Shown here: positions 1 through 9,795 of the stretch, in pieces
Position numbering within the stretch: position 1 is the stretch's first letter
Layout: the number at the start of each line of letters is the position of its first letter
Origin: Gemmatimonadaceae bacterium
GTDB taxonomy: Bacteria; Gemmatimonadota; Gemmatimonadetes; Gemmatimonadales; Gemmatimonadaceae
Assembly: GCA_016720905.1 (NCBI GenBank)
Contig: JADKJT010000017.1
Location: forward strand, 24,366-88,365
Length of the DNA: 64,000 nucleotides
Reading direction: 5' to 3'
Position numbers and translations under genes: made by a program
The notes under the pieces: model-generated
What the model was told of the DNA's origin: nothing
The model's input: the letters and a program-made list of their open reading frames with translations, nothing else
The model's database searches: none

Positions 1-26
1 TGAGCTTCCCGCGCCTGAGTAACCGA

Positions 27-1691
27 GTGGCTGTCCATCATCTGTTTCGTGGTGTCATCCTGCTGGTGGTCGGCGCGACGTCGAGCCTGCTCAGCACGTC
101 GTGCGCGTCTGTGGGCACCGGTGGCAGCGCGAGCGGGAGCGACACCTTTGGACGTCGCGATGAACGCCGGCTCATTGGCAGCTATGCCGACGTGCGAGCA
201 GTGGGCGTGTCGCGCCGCTATGTGTTCACCGCGACGGCCAGCGGGATCGGCGTATACGATCGACTGTTCAACACCTGGCTGCCGCCCGTGTCACGCGAAA
301 CGGGACTCATCGAAGCGCTGATCACCTTCATGGCCGGCGATCCGGTGGAAGACGCGGTGTGGCTTGGCGTGCCCGGCGCGGTGCTGATGTATCGACCGCA
401 AAGCGAACAGTTGCAGCGGACCATGATCACCGGCGTGCCGGACTACCTCCTGTTTGATCGCGGCATCAACGGCGACGTCTTCGTGCGCGCGGGCGGCCAG
501 TGGACGCGCGTCTCGCGCATCGGCCTTGCAACGCCGGTGGCTGGCCCGCCGGAGGTTAACCAGCGCGCTGCGCCGCGCACGCTCAGCGATGTCTATACCC
601 TGTATCCGGGACTGCGCAGCGCATCACCGTTGCTGTTTCGCAGTCAGACCAGCGACCGGCCGCTGCGAACCTACCCGGTGACCAGCGGCACCATGTCCGC
701 CGACCAACCCAACGACGTGTGGCTCGGCACCAACGGCGACGGACTGTATCGGGTTGACGCGACGTTGCAACAGGCCACGCCCGTGCGCTTTGGACTGTTG
801 GAAAGCGGTATCGGCGCGCTGGCGCTCGCAGCAGACGGCGTCTGGGCGGCCAGGTTGGGTACCTCGGTTGTCCGCAGCGGGCTCACCTTTGCCAGCAATG
901 ACCTGCAACGATGGCGCTGGATTGACGGCACCATCGCGGTGCCGATGATCGGCATGCGCGCTACCGCGATGTCGGTGCGCGCGCAGCGGGCGTGGATTGG
1001 CACCGACCGTGGCCTTGTCCGCGCACGAATCGATGGTGCGGAAGCGATGCAAGTGTGGACGTCGTTGGACGGACTGCCGGATGATCGCGTGTTTGCCGTG
1101 TCGGCCCGCAGCGATGGCGCGTGGGTGGGGACCGCACGCGGACTGGCGTTCGTCAGCGATACCAGCGATATGCGGAGTCCGCGCACACGCGGCATCGGCA
1201 CGCGCCTGCTGGAGAACACGCCGGTGTACGCCCTGGTGAACATCGGCGACACGCTGTGGATTGGCACGGCCGCCGGGCTCGTGGCCTTGCCACCATCCGG
1301 CACGTTGTCGCGACCGCTGGGTGCCGATCCGGCGTTGCGTCGCCGCATTCTTGCCCTCGCGTGGAGTGATTCCGTGTTGTTGGCGGCCACCGACGATGCG
1401 GTGTTGCGTCTGGCACCCAAGGGTGGCGTCGAGCCCGCGCGCGTGCTGGCGCTGGACGTGGCGCAGGTGGGGCAGGTGACCCGACTGGCGATGGACGATC
1501 GCACCATCGTGATGGCCGGCACCGACGGGGTGGTGGTGTTGCAGCGCACGGGCGGGGTGCGCGTGCTGCGCGTGCCCAACGACGTGCCCGGACCAGCGCT
1601 CGACATCGCGATGAGTCACGATTGGTTGTGGATTGCCACGCCCGATGGGTTGGTGCGATTGCGCCGCAGCAGCGACGGCGGATTGCCGTGA
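27..1691 (+). CDS. exported/lipoprotein beta-propeller protein with two-component-regulator-propeller-like repeats
   Basis: 554-aa ORF. Hydrophobic N-terminus with an LLSTSC lipobox-like cysteine. Recurrent W[IVL]GT..GL blade motifs (VWLGTNGDGLYRV, AWIGTDRGLVRA, AWVGTARGLAFV, LWIGTAAGLVAL, LWIATPDGLVRL). Antisense ORFs 624..1619 and 671..1606 are R/A/G-rich shadows. Confidence 0.6.
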   Translation: MAVHHLFRGVILLVVGATSSLLSTSCASVGTGGSASGSDTFGRRDERRLIGSYADVRAVGVSRRYVFTATASGIGVYDRLFNTWLPPVSRETGLIEALITFMAGDPVEDAVWLGVPGAVLMYRPQSEQLQRTMITGVPDYLLFDRGINGDVFVRAGGQWTRVSRIGLATPVAGPPEVNQRAAPRTLSDVYTLYPGLRSASPLLFRSQTSDRPLRTYPVTSGTMSADQPNDVWLGTNGDGLYRVDATLQQATPVRFGLLESGIGALALAADGVWAARLGTSVVRSGLTFASNDLQRWRWIDGTIAVPMIGMRATAMSVRAQRAWIGTDRGLVRARIDGAEAMQVWTSLDGLPDDRVFAVSARSDGAWVGTARGLAFVSDTSDMRSPRTRGIGTRLLENTPVYALVNIGDTLWIGTAAGLVALPPSGTLSRPLGADPALRRRILALAWSDSVLLAATDDAVLRLAPKGGVEPARVLALDVAQVGQVTRLAMDDRTIVMAGTDGVVVLQRTGGVRVLRVPNDVPGPALDIAMSHDWLWIATPDGLVRLRRSSDGGLP

Positions 1692-1702
1692 CCGCGCGCG
1701 AT

Positions 1703-2694
1703 ATGACAGTGCATCGCGCCCATCAGGCCATGGGTCCCGGACACGAGTTCGACACCATTCGCATGCTCATGGACCGGTGGGGCGATCTCGCGGTGGATAT
1801 CGGCGACGACGCAGCCGTGCTGCCCGTGCGCGGTGATGCACTGCGTGTGGTGAGCACCGATGCGTGCGTGGAAGGCGCGCACTTCCGTCGTGAGTGGATC
1901 ACGCCGTTTGACGTGGGCGTGCGCGCGACGGCTGCGGCGATCAGTGATATTGCCGCCATGGGGGCGCGCGTCGACGCCATTCTCGTGGCGCTCATTGTGC
2001 CCGAGGCGTGGCGTCCGCTGTTGGGTGATGTCGCCGACGGCATCGCGCAGGTGGTACGCGCCAGTGGAGCGCGTATTGTCGGCGGCAACCTCAGTCGCGG
2101 CGATGTGTTTGCCATCACCACGACGGCGATCGGCTCCGCCACACGCGTCGTGTCGCGTCATGGCGCCAAGCCGGGTGACGTGATGGTGGTCACCGGCGTA
2201 TTGGGCGGGCCCGGCAACGCCACGCGCGCGCTGTATGCCGGCCAGACGCCGTCGCCGTGGGCGCGGTCGCGCTTCGTGGCCCCAGCGCCGCGACTGGCCG
2301 AGGGAGCCGCACTGGCGGCGGCCGGCGCGCATGCCATGCTGGACATTTCGGATGGACTGGTGGCCGACGCTCGGCACCTCGCCGCGGCCAGTGGCGTCCG
2401 AGTGCGAATCGATGCATCACAGGTCCCGACGGGCGAGGGAATCGACCCGTCGGCCGCACTCTCAAGCGGTGAAGAATACGAGCTGTTGGCGGCGCTGCCG
2501 CCGGAAGCGGCCAAACGGCTGCTGGCCGAGTGGCCGGGCCGCTTCTCGGTCCCCCTCACGGTCATTGGCGCAGTGACGTCGACGGAGGCGGGCGGGTCCG
2601 TGGCTGTCGAAATCAGCGACGGCGTCACGGATTCGAGGCCCAATACCGATCCACGCGTTGAATTCGACTCCGGTCACGATCACTTTTCGCGGTA

Positions 2695-2695
<1 letters not shown>
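1703..2695 (+). CDS. thiL: thiamine-monophosphate kinase
   Basis: AIR-synthase-related fold motifs: EFDTIRML near the N-terminus, DIGDDAAVL, STDACVEGAHF, DVGVRATAAAISDIAAMGA, DISDGL. First ATG after the upstream stop (1691) is at 1703; ATG 1730 is an alternative start. The stop overlaps the plsC start (TAATG). Confidence 0.85.
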
Positions 2696-4807
<2,112 letters not shown>

Positions 4808-4810
4808 CTC

Positions 4811-4885
4811 AGAACTCAGTACCTAGTACTCAGTACCTGGTACTAGGTACCAGGTACTTGGTTCTAGGTATTAGGTACTTGGTTC
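4811..4885. repeat. GTAC-rich heptad repeat forming a long imperfect hairpin (eno-ftsB intergenic region)
   Basis: About 11 degenerate 7-nt units (AGGTACT/TGGTTCT/AGGTATT and their complements) that switch polarity around the palindrome CCTGGTAC-TAG-GTACCAGG. Seven GTAC tetramers within 60 nt. I counted 30 G+C in 4811-4880 (42.9%), against much G+C-richer flanks. Confidence 0.7.
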
Positions 4886-4903
4886 TACTTCCTTCCCCCT
4901 CTC

Positions 4904-5263
4904 ATGGCTTCCAAACCCCGCCCCCTTCTCGTTCGTCGCCTCGCCTGGGGCGCCGGTATTGTCGCGGCGGTGTGGTTCACGCTGGGAGGCGGTGAATACG
5001 GGACGCTCGACCTGTGGCAACAGCGGGGGCGCCGTGCGGCGCTGGACGCCGAGGTCGCGCAGCTCAGACTGGACGTGGATTCGCTGCAGCGGGAGCTCAA
5101 GGCCTTCCGGACCGACGACGCCAAGCTGGAACGATTGGCGCGCGAGAAGTACGGGATGGTGAAGGGCGGGAAGGAGCTGCTGTACTGGGTGGGAAACGGA
5201 ACCAAGCCAACCGGCGATTCGGCGGCTTTGGCGGCTGATTCTTCGGGGAAACGACCGCCCTGA
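4904..5263 (+). CDS. ftsB: septum formation initiator / cell division protein FtsB (DivIC family)
   Basis: 119 aa. N-terminal TM helix, coiled coil (LDAEVAQLRLDVDSLQRELKAF), then the family-typical LERLAREKYGMVKGGE block. It sits immediately downstream of eno, as in many bacteria. Confidence 0.7.
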   Translation: MASKPRPLLVRRLAWGAGIVAAVWFTLGGGEYGTLDLWQQRGRRAALDAEVAQLRLDVDSLQRELKAFRTDDAKLERLAREKYGMVKGGKELLYWVGNGTKPTGDSAALAADSSGKRPP

Positions 5264-5306
5264 GGGGTTGACCTATCGGCTCGCCCCACTAGGTTCCGCA
5301 GACTGA

Positions 5307-5380
<74 letters not shown>

Positions 5381-5406
5381 TAGTGAAGTCTGAAGGAGTA
5401 ATCGCA

Positions 5407-5436
5407 ACGGCCGGTCCTACCAGGGCCGGCCGTTTG
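5407..5436 (+). terminator. stem-loop after tRNA-fMet (terminator-like or processing hairpin)
   Basis: ACGGCCGGTCC-tacca-GGGCCGGCCGT stem (about 11 bp including one G-U) followed by TTT. A second 7-bp hairpin, GGTGCCC-gccggt-GGGCACC, lies at 5441-5460 just before the next tRNA. Confidence 0.4.
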
Positions 5437-5466
5437 CGTCGGTGCCCGCCGGTGGGCACCGTGTGG

Positions 5467-5540
5467 GGCAGGGTAGCTCAGCTGGTCAGAGCGCACGACT
5501 CATAATCGTGAGGTCGGGGGTTCGAGCCCCCCCCCTGCTA
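5467..5540 (+). tRNA. tRNA with CAT anticodon (elongator tRNA-Met, or tRNA-Ile2 if lysidine-modified)
   Basis: 74-nt cloverleaf. Acceptor GGCAGGG/CCCTGCT (G1-U72 wobble), D arm GCTC-AGCTGGTCA-GAGC, anticodon arm CACGA-CTCATAA-TCGTG, T arm GGGGG-TTCGAGC-CCCCC. Met and Ile2 identity cannot be separated by eye. Confidence 0.85.
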
Positions 5541-5632
5541 CTTAGCTAAAACATTGACAAGTAAGCATGCCACGAAGGCAAAGTTGGCGTCGCGGTGCAC
5601 CGGACTTGGAACCCGTCGGACGCAAACGGCGG

Positions 5633-6469
5633 TCACCTTCTGGATCGATCGGGGCCATCGGCGCGCGACCTGTCAATCGCGTTGAACAGCAGGTCGGTTC
5701 GCACGCCAACGACCGTCCGCAGTGACTTACTGTGCTCAATGAATATCGCCACCAGTCGAGGCGGCGCCACGTTGCCGATGTCGACGATTCCGGGGAGTGA
5801 GAACATGCCGCCGCCACTCACACCATTGAGACTGCGCGGCGTCTTCACTCCGTCGCCGATCCACACATCGTCGTGAGGGAAGTCGACCACCAAATGCGTG
5901 CGCGGATCGACCTTGGCACGGGCATACGCGTCGTCCGCGCTGGACAGGCCGGTAAACGGCACCTTTTCTGGGTGCGTTCGACGCTCGGACGCGACGTAGT
6001 TCGTTCCATTGAGCGGATACCCGACGGTGACCACCGGCATTCCTCGTCCGTTCGTCCGGAGGAATGATCCGCCAACACTGGTCGCAGTGGCATCCAGAAA
6101 CGTGCAGTTGTCGAGTGTTTCGGCCGTCTCAGCGTCGATTTCCGTGAATGCCAAATCGAAGGCGTCCGGGCGCAAGTTGGAGTCGGCCCCGACGAGACTG
6201 ATCCATGGTGAACGAATCTCCTGCCACTTTGTGTCCGTGCCGATGTGCACAAAACGATCAGTGTGACTTGCCACGGCGTGATCCGCAGTCACCAGATAGC
6301 GGCGTCCGCGATGCCAGAGTAACACGCAGGATCCCGTTCCCTCCATCCCTCGGAGGCTCTCGGGGACAACCCCCAACGGCCTTACGCTCTGGATGAGCCG
6401 CGCTTCGTGCACCTTCCACCGCGCTTCGCAGTGGTCAAAGAATTCCTTCTCGTTCGAGAGGGGCCACAT
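5633..6469 (-). CDS. trypsin-fold (S1/Trypsin_2-like) serine protease, no signal peptide
   Basis: 278 aa. Catalytic triad motifs occur in the canonical order: His in LVTADHAV, Asp in DLAFTEID, Ser in NGVSGGGMF. The N-terminus (MWPLSNEKEFFDHCEARW) is not signal-like. Third codon positions are visibly more A/T-rich than in neighbouring core genes. Confidence 0.7.
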   Translation of the reverse strand: MWPLSNEKEFFDHCEARWKVHEARLIQSVRPLGVVPESLRGMEGTGSCVLLWHRGRRYLVTADHAVASHTDRFVHIGTDTKWQEIRSPWISLVGADSNLRPDAFDLAFTEIDAETAETLDNCTFLDATATSVGGSFLRTNGRGMPVVTVGYPLNGTNYVASERRTHPEKVPFTGLSSADDAYARAKVDPRTHLVVDFPHDDVWIGDGVKTPRSLNGVSGGGMFSLPGIVDIGNVAPPRLVAIFIEHSKSLRTVVGVRTDLLFNAIDRSRADGPDRSRR

Positions 6470-6481
6470 ACGTTCGCGCCC

Positions 6482-6715
6482 TCAGAAGGTCCAGGCCCAG
6501 TGCACGAAGCGGACGAGTGCGAAGAGGGCGCCGAGAATCAGGACGAGACACGCGATGATGACGCCACCCAGCACCGTCTTGGTCTCTGCAGACTCATCGC
6601 TGCCACCACCGAAGTAGGCCACCACTCGGCCGATCACCCAGGCAGAAAAATAGAGTGCCATGCCGATGACGCAGACGACGATGAGCCATGGCTTCCACTC
6701 GTCGGGAATTCTCAT
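6482..6715 (-). CDS. 77-aa two-transmembrane miniprotein, co-transcribed with the protease
   Basis: The internal ATG at 6715 of ORF 6482..7018 gives MRIPDEWKPWLIVVCVIGMALYFSAWVIGRVVAYFGGGSDESAETKTVLGGVIIACLVLILGALFALVRFVHWAWTF. That is two clear hydrophobic helices separated by a G/S/E loop. The part of the ORF upstream of this ATG is not protein-like. The stop lies 12 nt before the protease start. Confidence 0.5.
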   Translation of the reverse strand: MRIPDEWKPWLIVVCVIGMALYFSAWVIGRVVAYFGGGSDESAETKTVLGGVIIACLVLILGALFALVRFVHWAWTF

Positions 6716-7435
6716 TTCACCCTGCCAACGCTGAGGGAAGTCACGATTGTGCGAACCGCCATAACATGGCAGGAACCGACGCGTTCTGCAGGCGGCTGCG
6801 AGCGCGTTGCCACGATGACGGATGCCGTGCGCGGCGCCGACGGTGCTGGGGATGCGGTGCGGTGCCGTTGGCGAACTCCGGCACCGGGCGGCTTGGCTCC
6901 AAATCCAATTCGCAGGGCATCGGCGCGCGTCGAGCGAATGGCGCCCAGACCGTTCGGGCGTTTGCACCTGCTTGTGTCCCTGTGGCGTCGCGATCATCAC
7001 GAGTGAGGCGCCGCCCAAGGCCGCCGCGCTTCAGAATCCCTCGAACGTGAGATCCGTGAGTTCCGCGATCTCGTCGATGGTTGTCTCGTCAACGCCTTCT
7101 GGTACGTCGATGTCCATCGCACCATGGCGCGCGCACCGGCAAGCGCAAAGTCGAATCGGCGCCAATTGGAAGCGAAATCGGCCGGATTTGGTCGGAATCT
7201 GGTTAAATAAGGGCGACGAACGGCGATTTCTGTAATGTGAAACTCGGTCTGCGGGTCTCCGCATTGAAAATCAGTGAAGAACCTACGAGGCAGGGGGGTG
7301 CCCCTAACGAACTTCCCCGAGGAGCGACAAGATAGCCATCCCAATCAAGGCCTCATGCCCCACGGTCGAATTGCGGTGAAATGCGTCAGCTGCTCCGGGG
7401 AAAGAGCTTGATCGAATCACGTCATCCCTAATTCC

Positions 7436-8566
7436 ATGCTGCGTCTTAGTACGGCAGGGGCGAGAATGAGATTTGCAACACTGTTGAGTCTGCTAGCCTT
7501 TTGTGCCTGCGGAGGAGGGAACGGCGATAGCACAACGCCGAGCCCTGTACTTTCTGTGCTCACAATTGATCTACAATCGAACTCAATACCCGTGGGTACG
7601 TCATCGACAGCGACGGCTTATGGACGCGATCAGAATGGTGCATCGATTGCCACGGGCGTGGTGGCGTGGTCTGCATTGCCAGCGACCGTGGCTTCTGTGA
7701 GCGCTGGCGGAGTCGTCACGGGATTGAGTGTCGGGACGGCCGTGATTACTGCGTCTGTTAGAGAGCTGAGCGCGTCGGTTGGCGTCGCCGTCACGCCTGC
7801 GCCGATCGCAACTATCGCGGTTTCGTTCGCCTCTCCGTCCATCACGGTGGGAACAACCACAAACGCAACGGCCGTCGCTCGCGATGCGGGAGGAAGCACC
7901 CGATCCGGACGAGTATTTGCGTGGAGTTCGGCGAACACCGCGGTAGCCACTGTGAACATCGTAACAGGTGTCATCAACGCTGTTGGACCAGGGGTTGCCA
8001 ACATCTCGGCGAGCAGCGAAGGGCGGGTGGGGTTGGCCACGCTCACGGTGTCCCCCGTACCTGTGGCGACGGTCGCGGTGGTTGTCGGAACCAATCCGCT
8101 TGATGAAGGCCTTAGCACCCTCGCATCAGCGATCGCACGCGACGCGGGAGGGAATGTCCTGTCGGGTCGAACGGTAACCTTTACCAGCAGTGATCCCACA
8201 GTTGCATCCGTGCACCCCGCGAGCGGCGAGATCATTGGCGTGACGGCCGGCACGACTACGATCACGGCGCAATGCGAAGGTCGCAGTGGCACTGTCCCAC
8301 TCGTCGTGCGGCCCGTGGCAACGCGCCTGGTCGTCGCAACCGCGCCGTCGGGCGACTCACCTTCTCGACAGACGCTGGCGATTCAACCGCGAGTTCAACT
8401 CACAAGCAGAACCGGTTTGCAAGTGCCACAGTCTGGAGTACCCCATGACAGCCTCAATCACGCTCGCAACACTGTCGGGAACAACAACTGTTTTCACGGA
8501 CGCCGCAGGGATCGCGCAGTTTGCGACTCTTGCCGTGGGGTGGGAGGGTGGGCGACAAGACGATGA
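7436..8566 (+). CDS. bacterial Ig-like (Big_2) repeat surface lipoprotein, N-terminal part (frame broken near 8441-8444)
   Basis: Lipoprotein signal (MRFATLLSLLAFCACGG). Four Big_2-type repeats (VASVSAGGVVTGLSVGTAVITASV, ATVNIVTGVINAVGPGVANISAS, ASVHPASGEIIGVTAGTTTITAQ). The last ~40 codons (HDSLNHARNTVGNNNCFHGRRRDR...) are not protein-like, while the protein-like sequence continues in another frame. Confidence 0.7.
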   Translation: MLRLSTAGARMRFATLLSLLAFCACGGGNGDSTTPSPVLSVLTIDLQSNSIPVGTSSTATAYGRDQNGASIATGVVAWSALPATVASVSAGGVVTGLSVGTAVITASVRELSASVGVAVTPAPIATIAVSFASPSITVGTTTNATAVARDAGGSTRSGRVFAWSSANTAVATVNIVTGVINAVGPGVANISASSEGRVGLATLTVSPVPVATVAVVVGTNPLDEGLSTLASAIARDAGGNVLSGRTVTFTSSDPTVASVHPASGEIIGVTAGTTTITAQCEGRSGTVPLVVRPVATRLVVATAPSGDSPSRQTLAIQPRVQLTSRTGLQVPQSGVPHDSLNHARNTVGNNNCFHGRRRDRAVCDSCRGVGGWATRR

Positions 8567-9336
8567 CCTTCACGGCCACCGGGCTGTCGGGTGCCAGTGC
8601 GAATGTCACACTCACAGCGGGCTTGCCTACGTCTATCACTGTCGTCGCGGGGAACAGTCAAACCGCGACGATTGGCACGGCGGTGCCGGTTGCACCGTCC
8701 GTTCGAGTAACAGATCTCGACGCCAACTTCGTGACGGACCGACTCGTCACCTTCGCGGTCACGGGAGGTGGAGGTTCGCTCACTGGAGCGAATCAGTTCA
8801 CAGATGATGTGGGTGTAGCGCGCGTCGGGACATGGATACTTGGGACGACCACAAGCGGAAACGCCATGACCGCAAACGTCGGCTCGCTTGCGGGGCCTGC
8901 GTCACTGTTCACCGCGACGGGGACGGGGCGCCCGGCGTCCTGCGGGGTGACCGTGTTCATGACCGTCGACATTATGACGGCTGCTACACTCTCTGCGAGT
9001 CCATGCTTACTACAAAACGCTCCAACCTTTATGATCGGCGGCAATCCGTTCTTCGGATCTCAGGGAGGCGGCACGTACTTCTATGATCGCTACCTAATCG
9101 ACATCCCCGCTGGGGCGATTGTGCGGTTTGAGGTGACAGAGTCGTTCAGCAACAACGGGTTCGGGTACTTCGCCGCGTACATGGAGTCTGGAGCCTTTGT
9201 TGCCTACGAAGCCGGGTTCGGTGCGCTGACTGTGAACAACAACTCTGCAGCGGTTCGGCGATACCAGATCATCCTCACGGCCTCAGGCTCCGGAGTCACC
9301 GGTGCCTACACGATGTTGCCAAGGAGGATTCTGTGA
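8521..9336 (+). CDS. C-terminal part of the same Ig-like surface protein (Ig-like repeat plus PPC-like beta domain)
   Basis: MTFTATGLSGASANVTLTAGLPTSITVVAGNSQTATIGTAVPVAPSVRVTD is Ig-like. The tail (YDRYLIDIPAGAIVRFEV...YQIILTASGSGVTGAYTM) resembles a pre-peptidase C-terminal type domain. ATG 8563 overlaps the upstream stop (ATGA). Continuity through frame-0 ORF 8286..8807 suggests a single gene. Confidence 0.6.
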   Translation: MRLLPWGGRVGDKTMTFTATGLSGASANVTLTAGLPTSITVVAGNSQTATIGTAVPVAPSVRVTDLDANFVTDRLVTFAVTGGGGSLTGANQFTDDVGVARVGTWILGTTTSGNAMTANVGSLAGPASLFTATGTGRPASCGVTVFMTVDIMTAATLSASPCLLQNAPTFMIGGNPFFGSQGGGTYFYDRYLIDIPAGAIVRFEVTESFSNNGFGYFAAYMESGAFVAYEAGFGALTVNNNSAAVRRYQIILTASGSGVTGAYTMLPRRIL

Positions 9337-9795
9337 GCGTGCGCCCTTCATAAGCTACGATTGGCGCCAAGTCGCATGCGAAGATTGATAGTAGTTCTGA
9401 ATCGAAGACTGGACCTCCACCTCGACATTTTTGCAAACCCTTCCCACCACCTTCCGCGCGCTCACCCCCTCGCGGCGGGGCGCTTACAGGGACGCCAGCT
9501 GCCATGGAGCTCGGAGATTTAGGTCTGCACAGCGCGTGAGTCATCGACCATCAATACGGACGACTGGTCGATCACCGACCACCGGGTCGCGACCGTCCGG
9601 GAGTGGTTCACCGGAATGTTCGGGGAGAGACCGAGCGCGCGCATTCTGCCCTGTGCTTTCGATCAGGGTTTGTCGTGGCGGGGTTTTCGCTGCGAGAGAA
9701 ACCGCACAGCGGGTGCGGCAAGCACGGCTCGCCACGGCACCAACTCGACGCTAAGTTCGCTCGCGCCACCTGTTTCCTTCACCTGAGGCCCGTAC

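Noticed and set aside
4811-4885. Considered whether the heptad array, or the 16-bp tandem at 53609-53661, could be a CRISPR array.
   Set aside because: The units are 7 or 16 nt and directly abutting, with no unique spacers. No cas genes are in the window. These are not CRISPR arrays.
7031-7117. 28-codon highly acidic mini-ORF (MDIDVPEGVDETTIDEIAELTDLTFEGF) upstream of the miniprotein/protease pair. It could be a precursor or substrate peptide.
   Set aside because: Not called as a feature: it is too short, lacks a convincing Shine-Dalgarno sequence, and is part of a longer junk-like ORF (7031..7264). It is kept only as a hypothesis inside the finding on the protease module.
8563-8566. The ATGA overlap suggests 7436..8566 and 8563..9336 are two translationally coupled genes rather than one broken gene.
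   Set aside because: Only partly rejected. The last ~40 codons of the first ORF are junk-like, and a third frame (8445-8540) encodes a clean Ig-like segment bridging the two. A single frameshifted gene explains the data better, but the two-gene reading cannot be excluded without reads or orthologues.
5541-9795. Looked for an integrase, transposase or att direct repeat that would define a mobile element at the tRNA.
   Set aside because: No ORF with integrase or transposase motifs was found, and no copy of the tRNA 3' end was found by eye. The region is therefore reported only as a compositionally atypical islet, not as a mobile element.
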